A stretch of DNA of 64,000 nucleotides from an uncultured Anaerolineae bacterium (GTDB taxonomy: Bacteria; Chloroflexota; Anaerolineae; Aggregatilineales; UBA3940): NCBI GenBank assembly GCA_964439625.1, contig CAYTPI010000002.1:39940-103939 (forward strand). The letters are read 5' to 3'. The position numbers and the translations under genes are program-made. Below, piece after piece: positions 10,770-20,822 of the stretch. Numbering within the stretch: the stretch's first letter is position 1; each line of letters opens with the position of its first letter. Under the pieces are notes generated by a model. It was given only the letters and a program-made list of their open reading frames with translations. It had not been told where the DNA came from and did not search any database.

Positions 10770-12620
10770 ATGGAACAAAGACTGCAAGTATCTAATCAAG
10801 AATGGGGCCTCGTCGGCATTCGCCTGCTAGGAGTTATTGGCCTAAGTGCCTATCTCTTTATTAATGGCAATGCATTGACCTCAAATCAAATCATCTATGG
10901 AGGTGCTATTATCGGTTTGCTTTTGACAGCAGAATTTGTAATGGCAATCCTATTTTCAAATGATGAATGGACAACAGGACGTCTAATAGGGGTCTTGGCT
11001 TATGACTGCACCCTCGCACTTGCAGCAGTATTTTTAGTTGATGTCCAACTTGCGTGGCTTGCAATCATCCCTGTAATTGTAACTGGCTTCTACTTTGATT
11101 GGCTCTATAGTCTTTTACTGGGATGCTCGTTGGCGTTGGTATTGGCGTCAACACTGGCGCTATTCACATTTAATCAAGCGAGCCTATTGACGTTAGTTGT
11201 CGTCATCTTTACGGTTGTGGGTGCTGGCCCGGCAATGTTCTTTCTAAGTGATGCACAAACTCAGCAAGAACGTTCTTCCCCATCCTCCTTGAATGGCGGT
11301 CGGTCACAGAAGTCGCCGGGTAGAGATAAAGCCGAAGCGGTGGCCAAACTTGCAACTGAGTACATGCGCATCGTTTACGAAATGGCAGAAGTTATTAACC
11401 GGTCTTACCTTGAACCGCGGCGCGTGTTAAGTACAACAGTAGAATTTGCTATTGAAGGTCTGGAGCGTGTAGGTGCAATCGCCCCATTATTCGGGTCAAT
11501 TCTATTGTTTGCTGATAGCGACGTCCCCGGTGGTGCATTTACCGTACTGCGTGTTGCCTACCAAGGCGGAACTGTTGCTAGCAAAGACTATAATGTGGTC
11601 GTCCCCGGCCTTGAGGGCGTTATTGACAAATCCGTTCGGACTGACTCAGTGCAGGTGAGCCATTCACCCGCTACTGACCCAGAAATCAGCCAGTTCGCAA
11701 CCTACGCTGAGTGCAAAACAGTGATGTGCGTTCCCTTACGAACAGGAAAGAATTTTTACGGCGTAATGTTGTGTGGTAGTCTACAGAAAGATGCGTTTAA
11801 TAATCTGCATCGTGAACTCATGATTGCCGTTGGTAACCAAGCAGCGACGGCCCTCCATACAGCTAAGTTATATGTTTCGCTCAAACAACAGCGAGACCGA
11901 ATCGTTGAGGTTGAAAAGGCCGCACGGGCCCAACTCGCTGGTGAACTGCACGATGGCCCAACGCAAGGTATCGCGGCTATTACTATGCGCTTGAACTACA
12001 TTCGTAAGTTGCTGGAGAAGAAGCCTGAACGTGCGGCTGATGAACTGTATCAAATCGAAGACATGGCCCGGCGCACAGCAAAAGAGATCCGTGCTATGCT
12101 GTTTGAATTGCGCCCCAAGGCACTCGACAATGGGCTAGGCGCAGGGCTTGAGCAACTAGCCATCAAGAATCGTGAAACATACGATCAAGAAGTCTCATAT
12201 TTCATTGAAGATCATTGTGACCAATTGCTCGACGATCAAAGCACACAGACATTGTTCTCTATTGCTGTTGAGGCTGTTAATAATGCTCGTAAGCACGCAC
12301 AAGCCTCATTGATTAAAATCGAGGCTCGTGTTCGTGCAGATACTTTCTTATTGGAGATTATCGACAACGGCAAAGGCTTCGACGTTGAAGAAGCTCTCTA
12401 CCAAGCTCGTCACCGTGAGGGCCACCTTGGTCTCACAAACCTGCAAGAGCGGGCAACCTTGGTTGATGGATCACTAAAGATAGAATCCCAAATTGGCGTT
12501 GGTACCACTATGACGGTTCACATTCCAATGTCAGTATTACGTGAGCGGTTGCAAGAACAACGCGAGCGTCAAGCAGAAGAAGCTGGTGAGCCAATTACGC
12601 AGGGTTACATGCCCTTCTAA
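10770..12620 (+). CDS. Membrane GAF-domain sensor histidine kinase (HisKA_3/NarX-like); no cognate regulator adjacent
   Basis: About 5 TM, GAF (VMCVPL...GVM), H-box ELHDGPTQ, FELRP, EAVNNARKHA, DNGKGFD, GLTNLQER, GVGTT. Confidence 0.92.
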   Translation: MEQRLQVSNQEWGLVGIRLLGVIGLSAYLFINGNALTSNQIIYGGAIIGLLLTAEFVMAILFSNDEWTTGRLIGVLAYDCTLALAAVFLVDVQLAWLAIIPVIVTGFYFDWLYSLLLGCSLALVLASTLALFTFNQASLLTLVVVIFTVVGAGPAMFFLSDAQTQQERSSPSSLNGGRSQKSPGRDKAEAVAKLATEYMRIVYEMAEVINRSYLEPRRVLSTTVEFAIEGLERVGAIAPLFGSILLFADSDVPGGAFTVLRVAYQGGTVASKDYNVVVPGLEGVIDKSVRTDSVQVSHSPATDPEISQFATYAECKTVMCVPLRTGKNFYGVMLCGSLQKDAFNNLHRELMIAVGNQAATALHTAKLYVSLKQQRDRIVEVEKAARAQLAGELHDGPTQGIAAITMRLNYIRKLLEKKPERAADELYQIEDMARRTAKEIRAMLFELRPKALDNGLGAGLEQLAIKNRETYDQEVSYFIEDHCDQLLDDQSTQTLFSIAVEAVNNARKHAQASLIKIEARVRADTFLLEIIDNGKGFDVEEALYQARHREGHLGLTNLQERATLVDGSLKIESQIGVGTTMTVHIPMSVLRERLQEQRERQAEEAGEPITQGYMPF

Positions 12621-13243
12621 ATCTCTGCGGCTACCAGCCCCCGAATAAAGTCAGCTTTCCCTCCCTGGGATGGATGTCGCAGCGCAATGTAAGGGATGTT
12701 TAACTCGTCGCAGGCCCGCTGAGCGATGCGCCCAACAGCCAAGACTGTCAATGGGTCAAACATCTGGTGCACTGTCTGTAAGAACGGATAACCTAACCTC
12801 TGCTCGCCCACCTTCGGTGCCCGGTTTGAACGTGGCTGATCTGGCTTGTGAGGGTGCAGCGGCACCGTATTCCACAATAACGGTGGTTGCTTAGCATGGT
12901 CGGTGAGTGCGCCCCAGAGGATAGTCGCAGAAGGTTCTGCTATGCCGTTTGGCTTTTCCGGGTGCAGACGATATCCCTGATCAAATAAACCGAATGGTGT
13001 TTCTTTTGCCAGCATGACTCGCTCACTGGTGATCGGAATACCCGTGCGTGCACACCCTCGGTGCCCTGGTGCCTCCAACACAAACATAGCTTTCGGTTTA
13101 CGTGCTGACATATCAAGTAAGTATCGCTCCAAATTATGCCGGTGAAGCTCAGCATTCTCATCTTCACCATCAGCATAAAGATTATGTAAGCTGTCAGTAG
13201 ATGGCAGCTCACGCAGGTTTGTCATTAACGTTTCTAACAACAT
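12617..13243 (-). CDS. Uracil-DNA glycosylase superfamily protein
   Basis: EAPGHRGCARTGIP, EPSATILW, WNTVPLHPH, NRAP, LRHPSQGG. Start uncertain. Confidence 0.85.
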   Translation of the reverse strand: MLLETLMTNLRELPSTDSLHNLYADGEDENAELHRHNLERYLLDMSARKPKAMFVLEAPGHRGCARTGIPITSERVMLAKETPFGLFDQGYRLHPEKPNGIAEPSATILWGALTDHAKQPPLLWNTVPLHPHKPDQPRSNRAPKVGEQRLGYPFLQTVHQMFDPLTVLAVGRIAQRACDELNIPYIALRHPSQGGKADFIRGLVAAEI

Positions 13244-13374
13244 TGTATTGAACTTCCTAACGCTTACTCTCCGATTGTACTTGGTAATGTCGATGTGTTT
13301 TCCATCACCTTGCAACTGGGTTATGATTGCAAACTGATGAATATTAAACCCTCAGTCAACATTGACGCGCCCCT

Positions 13375-13383
13375 TGTGGATAA
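13375..13383 (-). promoter_or_regulatory. Single perfect DnaA box upstream of murJ
   Basis: TGTGGATAA is the reverse complement of TTATCCACA. Confidence 0.35.
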
Positions 13384-13405
13384 CACTGCAACTGGGGATG
13401 AGTCA

Positions 13406-15013
13406 ATGACTCAAATTCCTACAACGCACAACCTATCACAAGCAGCCGTTGATGAAACAACACAAATTGCCCGCGCCGCTGGTATTATCGGCCTAGGGAA
13501 TGTAGCCAGCCGGATTTTGGGCCTACTCCGCGAGATCGTCAAGTCGAATCTGTTTGGGGCAGGAGCTGCTGTTGATGCGTTCAACATTGCAACAGTTGTT
13601 CCTACCATGATCTACGATCTATTAGCCGGCGGTATGGTCGATAGTGCACTAGTACCCGTTTTTAGCTCTTATGCTGAAAATAAACGCAAGGAACTCTGGG
13701 GGTTGGTCAGCGTGATCCTCAACCTGACTATCATCTTGATGCTTGTCATCTCTGCTTTTCTTTGGTTATTTGCGCCTACTATAGCTGAACTGCTCAACAC
13801 CAACCCAGAAGCAGACCTTGCTCTGACAACACAACTGCTCCGCGTCACTGTGCCCGCTGTTCTATTTCTGAGTCTGTCGGGTGTGCTATCTGGGTTATTA
13901 TATTCACTAAAACGCTTCGCATTCCCTGCCTTCACCGCGGCTGTATTTAACGCCTGCATCGTCGTGGTAACGTTATTATTGCATCAGCGAATTGGCATTA
14001 TGGGAATGGCTCTTGGGTTGTTGGCTGGAGCCGTTGCTCAAGTTGCGCTTCAATTGCCTGGCCTCCGAGATGCACTCAAATACGTGCGTTTGGTCTTCCG
14101 GCACCCCGGCCTCAAGCAGATCACCAAACTTTATGCCCCAATCTTACTGGGCCTGCTCTTTGAAATCTCACTAAACCGGTTGGTCAGCTACCGCCTCGCA
14201 TCGGATGCGATTGTCGGTGGCATCTCATGGATGAACTACGCCACCACACTGCGCCAACTACCACAAGGTTTAGTTGCTATTGCTGTTTCTTTTGCCATCT
14301 TACCCACACTATCTGTGCATGCCTCGAATGAGCTAAAAGGCGAAAGTGCCGAGTCTTTCCGACAAACGCTGGCGCGTGGCCTCCGTTTGGTGATGGTCTT
14401 AATTGTGCCTGCTTCAGCCGGCTTGTTTGTGTTAGGCCAACCTGTCATCGACCTTGTGTTAGAACACGGCAACTTCACTGTATTCGACACACAGATGACC
14501 TCGATAGCGCTTTATCTGTATCTCATTGGTCTGCCCTTCGCCGCCATCGATCTAGTACTAGTCTTTGCCTTTTACGCACGTCAAAACACATGGATTCCAG
14601 CCGTCATCGGTGTTGTATCCAACATCGCTTATCTAATAGTCGCAGTAGCATTGTTACGAGGGATGGGCTTATTCGCACTGATGGTCGCTGACTCATTCAA
14701 ACAACTGCTGCATGCCGTTATCGCTGGGGCTATGCTGCGTCAGCGCGTTGGTGGACTGTCATCCTACGGCATTGGGCGCACCACTCTAATGACGGTGCTT
14801 GCAGCCACTGTAATGAGCGTCGTGGTCTATGGCGTGTTGTTGGGGCTCAACGCAGCGCTGCCTCAGAGCAACAACATTCTGTTTGAAGGGCTTAAGGTCG
14901 TCATTCCGGGGGCGGTCGGCGCAAGCTTATATTTATGGCTGGTAACTGCGCTGGGCGTCGAAGAAATCCGTATGCTCTGGCATGCCGTTCAGCAGAGGTT
15001 GGGGCGTGGCTAA
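13406..15013 (+). CDS. murJ: Lipid II flippase MurJ (MviN)
   Basis: SRILGLLRE, DAFNIA...P, LVPVF, QLPQGL, AFYARQNT; about 14 TM; ATG at 13406. Confidence 0.93.
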   Translation: MTQIPTTHNLSQAAVDETTQIARAAGIIGLGNVASRILGLLREIVKSNLFGAGAAVDAFNIATVVPTMIYDLLAGGMVDSALVPVFSSYAENKRKELWGLVSVILNLTIILMLVISAFLWLFAPTIAELLNTNPEADLALTTQLLRVTVPAVLFLSLSGVLSGLLYSLKRFAFPAFTAAVFNACIVVVTLLLHQRIGIMGMALGLLAGAVAQVALQLPGLRDALKYVRLVFRHPGLKQITKLYAPILLGLLFEISLNRLVSYRLASDAIVGGISWMNYATTLRQLPQGLVAIAVSFAILPTLSVHASNELKGESAESFRQTLARGLRLVMVLIVPASAGLFVLGQPVIDLVLEHGNFTVFDTQMTSIALYLYLIGLPFAAIDLVLVFAFYARQNTWIPAVIGVVSNIAYLIVAVALLRGMGLFALMVADSFKQLLHAVIAGAMLRQRVGGLSSYGIGRTTLMTVLAATVMSVVVYGVLLGLNAALPQSNNILFEGLKVVIPGAVGASLYLWLVTALGVEEIRMLWHAVQQRLGRG

Positions 15014-15508
15014 CTACCCTGCGATTTCAACCACAGATAGCCCATCTGTCTCAAGATCAAGGATGCAAAAGGAGCGCGATTGCGGCTTCCGACCACCCAG
15101 CGCACCGGGGTTAATCACGCGTGTACCGCCGACGCTCTCATCACGTCGCAGATGGCTGTGCCCGTGGAAGACGTAATCGTAGTCACCACCATTGATGAAC
15201 CCAGCCAGTATATCTTTTTGATGCCCATGGCACATTGCTACAGACTTACTACCAATCTCTGTCGTAAACGTCAACCCAAGTGATGCATTGGGCCAGCCAT
15301 CAACCATCTTATGAATGGTTACTGCGTCACCATCCATGTTGCCCATCACAAAAGCGATTTTGGTATCTTCAAACAGTTTGGCGATCTTCGGGGTGGTAAT
15401 ATCCCCGCAATGTAGCATTAGGTCAACCTGCGCTGTAAGAAGTGCATCCCGCGCAATTACGGCATTATCAACGTTGTTATGTGTATCTGAAAGAACACCT
15501 ATTTTCAT
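15014..15508 (-). CDS. YfcE/MJ0936-family metallophosphoesterase
   Basis: SDTHN, HCGD, GNMD, HG, GHSH, INPG. Confidence 0.93.
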   Translation of the reverse strand: MKIGVLSDTHNNVDNAVIARDALLTAQVDLMLHCGDITTPKIAKLFEDTKIAFVMGNMDGDAVTIHKMVDGWPNASLGLTFTTEIGSKSVAMCHGHQKDILAGFINGGDYDYVFHGHSHLRRDESVGGTRVINPGALGGRKPQSRSFCILDLETDGLSVVEIAG

Positions 15509-15587
15509 TGCTGCACCTTCGAATTGTCTTGGCTTACCGTTGAATATTGTCCTGTGGATCGTAAACCAATCCTATTAACCTGTCGAA

Positions 15588-16307
15588 ATGGAAACCATGC
15601 AAACTGCAAGAGACGTATCACGCGTAGCCGAATTTTTGACAGGCATCCGTGATCAACTGCCGATTCTGCTGGGGACGACCCCCTTTGGCTTAATATACGG
15701 TGTCATCGCAGTTGATGGTGGCCTGAGCAGTGAAGCCAGCATCGCGATGTCATCGATTGTATTTGCCGGGTCATCTCAGTTTATTGCTGCGGAATTATTC
15801 GCTACGCAGACGCCAGCCTTAGTAATTATCGTCACAACGTTCGTCGTGAACTTAAGACATATGCTTTACAGTGCCTCTCTGGCTCCCTATGTACGCCATC
15901 TAGCTGCAGGTTGGAAGTGGCTTTTGTCGTATCTACTGACTGATGAGGCTTATGCAACGACTATCAATCGCTATGTTAAAGATGGCGAGCATGACATTGC
16001 GCCTAACGCGCACTGGTACTTCTTTGGAACGGCAATGACGCTTTGGACATCTTGGCAGATCAGTACAGCCATTGGCGTACTGGTTGGTACACAAATCCCA
16101 TCAAGTTGGTCGTTGGATTTCACCGTACCACTGGTTTTTATCGCGCTAGTAGTTCCTAACCTTACAGATCGCGCATCCTTTTTTGCTGCCCTATCCGCCG
16201 GGATCGTTTCGATTGTAGCCGTTTCGCTACCGTTCAACCTCAGCTTGATTGTAGCAGCCTTTGTTGGCATTTTTGTCGGCATGCTTGTGGAAGGGTTACG
16301 CCGATGA
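15588..16307 (+). CDS. azlC: Branched-chain amino acid exporter permease AzlC
   Basis: MSSIVFAGSSQF, VNLRHMLYSASL, LTDEAYA. Confidence 0.92.
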   Translation: METMQTARDVSRVAEFLTGIRDQLPILLGTTPFGLIYGVIAVDGGLSSEASIAMSSIVFAGSSQFIAAELFATQTPALVIIVTTFVVNLRHMLYSASLAPYVRHLAAGWKWLLSYLLTDEAYATTINRYVKDGEHDIAPNAHWYFFGTAMTLWTSWQISTAIGVLVGTQIPSSWSLDFTVPLVFIALVVPNLTDRASFFAALSAGIVSIVAVSLPFNLSLIVAAFVGIFVGMLVEGLRR

Positions 16308-16621
16308 ATGTCTGGCTCACTTTGTTGGCAATGGGCTTTGTCACCTTCATAGTGCGCTTCTCAGTGATTGGCGTGCTTGGTGACGCAGAAATGCCAGGAC
16401 TGGTCAAGCGAGCATTACGCTTCGTCCCCGTCGCTGCACTGACAGGCATTATCTTTCCTGCCCTATTGATCACGGGCGAGGCTCTCAACATTGCACCAGA
16501 TAACTTCCGCTTGGTCGCTGGTTTAGTCGCAATTATTGTTGCTTGGCGCACCAAAAGCATTTTGTTGACAATTAGCGTAGGCATGGTCTCCCTTTGGATA
16601 TTACAGTTTTTCTTCGCTTGA
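16304..16621 (+). CDS. azlD: AzlD domain protein
   Basis: ATGA overlap with azlC; ALRFVPVAALTGII, AWRTKSILLTI. Confidence 0.9.
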   Translation: MNVWLTLLAMGFVTFIVRFSVIGVLGDAEMPGLVKRALRFVPVAALTGIIFPALLITGEALNIAPDNFRLVAGLVAIIVAWRTKSILLTISVGMVSLWILQFFFA

Positions 16622-16682
16622 GTTTTCCGTCGAGCATTGTACAATTCAGCACAAGTGATCGCTCAGATGGATGGAGCAAACC

Positions 16683-17336
16683 ATGACGGATGGAATCTGT
16701 GCTGTGGTTGGGGTTGGGCCAGGTATTGGTATGGCAGTTGCCAGCCGTTTTGGCGCTGAGGGCTACAAAATTGTTTTGATGGCCCGCAGTAAAGATAAGC
16801 TAACAAGCTATGCTGCGGAACTTGAGAGAGATGGCATTCAGTCTAACAGTTACCCGTTAGACGCCGGCAACTTCAACGCGATACGCACTGTATTTAAACA
16901 GGCACAATCAGAGTTAGGGCCAATGGATGTCCTCATCTACAATGCAGCCAACTATAACCCTGGTAAGCCATCGGCCCTTACACCAGAGAGCGTCACCGAG
17001 GCCTTTAGGGTAACAGTTGTTGGTGCGTTGGCTTGTGCTCAGGCTGTACTGCCAAGTATGCGTGAGCGGCAGTCTGGCACCATTTTATTGACAGGTGGGG
17101 GGTTAGCGTTGCACCCTGCCGCTGACTATGCGTCGCTCTCTATCGGCAAGGCGGGATTAAGAAGTCTCGCCTACTCGATGGGACAAGAGCTGATCCTAGA
17201 GGGTATCCAAGTTGCTACTGTTACGATTGCTGGCACGGTCAAAGAGGGCACACATTTTGACCCAACGCTGATTGCCAATGTCTATTGGCAGTTGCACACA
17301 GATAACCGCAACAAGCGTGAAATCATCTATGATTAA
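16683..17336 (+). CDS. Short-chain dehydrogenase/reductase
   Basis: VVGVGPGIG, LIYNAA, TGGGLA, SLSIGKAGLR; GGAG RBS before ATG 16683. Confidence 0.9.
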   Translation: MTDGICAVVGVGPGIGMAVASRFGAEGYKIVLMARSKDKLTSYAAELERDGIQSNSYPLDAGNFNAIRTVFKQAQSELGPMDVLIYNAANYNPGKPSALTPESVTEAFRVTVVGALACAQAVLPSMRERQSGTILLTGGGLALHPAADYASLSIGKAGLRSLAYSMGQELILEGIQVATVTIAGTVKEGTHFDPTLIANVYWQLHTDNRNKREIIYD

Positions 17337-18624
17337 GACCCTGAAGCGCTTCGTCCCGCGTTGGAGTGTCCGCCTCTACCATTTTATGCTAGCTGTTGCC
17401 GCCAACATTCGTTATGGGTTTCCCTCACGCAGGTTGATTGTCCTAGGCGTTACGGGTACAGATGGCAAAACCACAACGTCTTTTATGGCATTCTCAATCT
17501 TGAAGCAGGCAGGTAAAAAAGCTGCAATCATCACCTCAGCAGGGGCCTTATCGACTCAATTAGGCCAAGCTGTTCAGAACGTAGGGCTGCACGTAACAAC
17601 ACCTGGCCCTTTTCTCGTTCAGAGTTTACTAGATCAGGCCAAGCGTAATGGCATCGAGTATGTTGTTTTAGAAACAACCTCACACGGCCTGGATCAGTAT
17701 CGTGTTTGGGGTGTTCAATATACAGCCGCTGCACTGACGAACATCACCCGCGAACATCTTGATTATCATGGCACATACGAAAACTATGCTGCCACCAAGG
17801 CCAAGCTGTTCAAAAAGGTTGACTACAGCATCCTTAACCTTGACGATCAATCCTTTGCACTCGTCCAGCCAAAAGCCACTGGAAACCTAGTCACATATAG
17901 TCGTCACCAGAATGCCGACTTTGCAGCCAGTAACATTCGGATGACAACAGAAGAACTATCATTTGATGTTTTTCAATTGAGTGCGCGTGTTCAGGTGCCA
18001 ACACTTGGCGAGTACAACGTGTCAAATGCGCTTGCTGCCATCGCATTGACACATTCAATTGGAATAGATACTGCTGCCATTATCGCCGGGTTAGCAAAGG
18101 CCCAACTCCCCCCAGGGCGCTTAGAGCGCATTGACCTGGGGCAGGACTTCGCTGTGTATGTGGATTTTGCCCACACGGCGAACAGTCTTGATACAATGCT
18201 CAAACTTTTGAGCGGGGTCAAGCCGCCCGACAGCCGCTTGATCGCTGTCTTTGGCTGTGCTGGCCTTCGGGATCAATATAAGCGCTTCCCGATGGGAGCA
18301 TCTGCCGGGCGCTATGCTGATTACACCATTATTACTGCAGAAGACCCCCGCACAGAAAACCTCGCCTCGATCATCCAAGAAATCGCCGAGGGCATTGAGT
18401 CAGAAGGTGGGGTTGAGGGCGAAACATATATTCGCATTGGCGACCGCGAAAAAGCGATTCACTATGCCATTGAACAGGTTGCTCGCCCAGGAGATATCGT
18501 CGTAACGACGGGTAAAGCACAAGAAGGCAGCATGTGCTACGGTACAATAGAATACCCATGGGACGAGTTTGCTGTTGTGCGCTCCGCCCTGCAAAACCGC
18601 CTGAATGACAAGGTCTTTGTTTGA
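17329..18624 (+). CDS. murE: Mur ligase MurE lacking the N-terminal domain
   Basis: GVTGTDGKTTT, HVTTP, ETTSHGLDQ, TNITREHLDYH, PGRLE, VDFAHT, FGCAGLRD, AEDPR, TGKAQE. ATG 17329 overlaps the end of the SDR gene. Confidence 0.9.
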   Translation: MIKTLKRFVPRWSVRLYHFMLAVAANIRYGFPSRRLIVLGVTGTDGKTTTSFMAFSILKQAGKKAAIITSAGALSTQLGQAVQNVGLHVTTPGPFLVQSLLDQAKRNGIEYVVLETTSHGLDQYRVWGVQYTAAALTNITREHLDYHGTYENYAATKAKLFKKVDYSILNLDDQSFALVQPKATGNLVTYSRHQNADFAASNIRMTTEELSFDVFQLSARVQVPTLGEYNVSNALAAIALTHSIGIDTAAIIAGLAKAQLPPGRLERIDLGQDFAVYVDFAHTANSLDTMLKLLSGVKPPDSRLIAVFGCAGLRDQYKRFPMGASAGRYADYTIITAEDPRTENLASIIQEIAEGIESEGGVEGETYIRIGDREKAIHYAIEQVARPGDIVVTTGKAQEGSMCYGTIEYPWDEFAVVRSALQNRLNDKVFV

Positions 18625-19652
18625 TGCCGTTCCAACTAGTAGCTGGCGCAGTGACTTGCCTGGTCACATTGATCTGGGGCAAGCCCTTTATCGAGTTGCT
18701 GCACCGACTGAGGCTTGGTAAAAAAATTCGCCAGTTCGAAAGCACTGGCTCCGAAGGGGTCGAGAAGCTGCACAAAGCCAAAGAAGGGACGCCCACTTTC
18801 GGCGGCATCCTCTTCATTGTGCCAGCCATTATCACTACATTGATGATCAACTTTGTCAATGTGCTGCGTGGGGCCCCCGAAGGACGCTCAATTTTAGTTC
18901 CTGTTATTGGGATGGCGTTATTTGGGCTACTGGGTGCCATCGATGACTGGCAAGGTATTCAACCGACTGGTCGCATCGCGGAGGGATTAACCGAGCGTTC
19001 AAAACTAATCGGGCAGTTCATCATCACGCTGATGATTGTTCTTGTAATTTACTTCCTGCTCGATATTCACAATGTGATTATCCCAGGGCTTATTTTTCGC
19101 TTGAACTTAGGATTACTGTACATACCAATCGCAGTGTTCATCATTGTTGGGACAGCCAACGCGGTCAACTTCACCGATGGGCTCGATGGCTTGGCAGGCA
19201 ATGTCTCTGTCGTTGCGTTCGGCGCTTACGGCGTGATTGCGTTTCTGCAAGGTCAGACGTGGCTATCAGCTTTTTGCTTCATTATGGTAGGGGCCTTGTT
19301 TGGCTTCTTATGGTTTAATGCCAACCCCGCGCAAGTTTTCATGGGGGATACAGGGTCGATGGCAATTGGCGCGGCACTGGCTATTGTCGCTCTGATGAGC
19401 GAACAGTGGTTGCTCTTACCGATCATTGGCTCCATCTTTGTGACGGAAGCTCTATCTGTCATTATTCAACGGGCAGGCTTCCGCTACGGACGAGCCTTAT
19501 ACGGGGACAAAGAACGTGGGCGCGTCTTTAAGATGGCCCCCATCCATCATCACTTTCAGCGCTTGCAATGGGGCGAGGTTCAGATCGTTTATCGCTTCTT
19601 CTTTGTCAGCTTTTTGAGTGGTATGCTCGGCATTGCCCTAGCGCTACTATGA
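18624..19652 (+). CDS. mraY: Phospho-N-acetylmuramoyl-pentapeptide transferase
   Basis: KEGTPTFGG, GAIDD, NAVNFTDGLDGLA, FNANPAQVFMGDTGS, MAPIHHHF. Confidence 0.96.
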   Translation: MPFQLVAGAVTCLVTLIWGKPFIELLHRLRLGKKIRQFESTGSEGVEKLHKAKEGTPTFGGILFIVPAIITTLMINFVNVLRGAPEGRSILVPVIGMALFGLLGAIDDWQGIQPTGRIAEGLTERSKLIGQFIITLMIVLVIYFLLDIHNVIIPGLIFRLNLGLLYIPIAVFIIVGTANAVNFTDGLDGLAGNVSVVAFGAYGVIAFLQGQTWLSAFCFIMVGALFGFLWFNANPAQVFMGDTGSMAIGAALAIVALMSEQWLLLPIIGSIFVTEALSVIIQRAGFRYGRALYGDKERGRVFKMAPIHHHFQRLQWGEVQIVYRFFFVSFLSGMLGIALALL

Positions 19653-20819
19653 GGCAGCAATTGCTGCCTCAAGCTTAGGTGGGTTAGAGGCACCATCTTC
19701 CAAGGCCACTGGGAATGGATCTAAGTCAAACAGCTTGGCATAGATATAGCGTCCAACCTCTCGGATAGTAGCGATAGTGGGCGCAGCCAGTGCCACCCCT
19801 AAAATGCCTCCAACATTGGCCCCAACGATGACACCAAGGATAATCAACATCGGGTGGAGTTGTACCTGCCCACCAATAATGTTTGGAATTAACACGTTGA
19901 TATCCAACTGAGCGAAGGCAACATAAACAATAATCACGATAATGATAAAAGTGACACGGGGTAGGTCAAAATTGGTAGAACCTTCAATCGCCGCTGTGAT
20001 AATGACCGTTGCCCCCCAAATTATATTGCCGATACTAGGGAGAAATTCGAGTAAGCCGCCCCACAACCCAATCAAGGCTGGGTTTGGCAGCCCCAAGATC
20101 GCCGCAATTGTCCCAGTTATGAGCGCTACCACAATCGACAAAATGATTTGCCCACGGATAAACGCCGTCCACACTCCATTTATCCGAGAGAGAAGCTGTG
20201 TAAAGTCTCTGCGATACGCTTCTGGGGCCAAACCAATCAAAGCATTAATGAACTTGCCTGCGTCCCGCGTGAAGTAGAACCCAATTACGATTGTAAAGAC
20301 AGCCAACAGTACCGTTTGCGCCAAGTTAAGCACAATCCCCACAGAACTTGTCGCCAGTAGTGTGACGGTATTACTAACGGCAGAGGCCGTTTGTTCAATC
20401 AAGTCCTCAACGACGATTTCAAACGAGAAAATCTCAAATTCGGTCGGTAACTGTTCGGGGTCAAGATCACTGACGAGCACCACAATGCGTTCTTGAGCAT
20501 TAGTGATCTGGTCAAACAGAACTGGTAGCCCAAACGATAGAATCGGAATCAATACCGCGATCAGCCCAAGGTATACCAAAATAGTCGCATTGCTATGGGA
20601 AATCTTAAGCTGGATTCGGACAAGTCGAACAAGAGGATACAGCACATATGCCGTAACAGCTCCGATGATCAGTGGAATCCACACGATGCGAAATAAATAA
20701 GCGGATAGCACCAATACCACAACCGACAGGATCAGAACAATGGCTTTAGTTGTTCCATCCCATACAGGACTTTTATTCACTTGCTCTTCGGATGCTGCGG
20801 TTAATTCATCGTTATCCAT
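19647..20819 (-). CDS. AI-2E family (PerM/UPF0118) transporter
   Basis: Multi-TM; AFIRGQ, LEFLPSIG, LIPNIIG...LHP, GILGVALAAP. Confidence 0.9.
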   Translation of the reverse strand: MDNDELTAASEEQVNKSPVWDGTTKAIVLILSVVVLVLSAYLFRIVWIPLIIGAVTAYVLYPLVRLVRIQLKISHSNATILVYLGLIAVLIPILSFGLPVLFDQITNAQERIVVLVSDLDPEQLPTEFEIFSFEIVVEDLIEQTASAVSNTVTLLATSSVGIVLNLAQTVLLAVFTIVIGFYFTRDAGKFINALIGLAPEAYRRDFTQLLSRINGVWTAFIRGQIILSIVVALITGTIAAILGLPNPALIGLWGGLLEFLPSIGNIIWGATVIITAAIEGSTNFDLPRVTFIIIVIIVYVAFAQLDINVLIPNIIGGQVQLHPMLIILGVIVGANVGGILGVALAAPTIATIREVGRYIYAKLFDLDPFPVALEDGASNPPKLEAAIAAS

Positions 20820-20822
20820 TTA

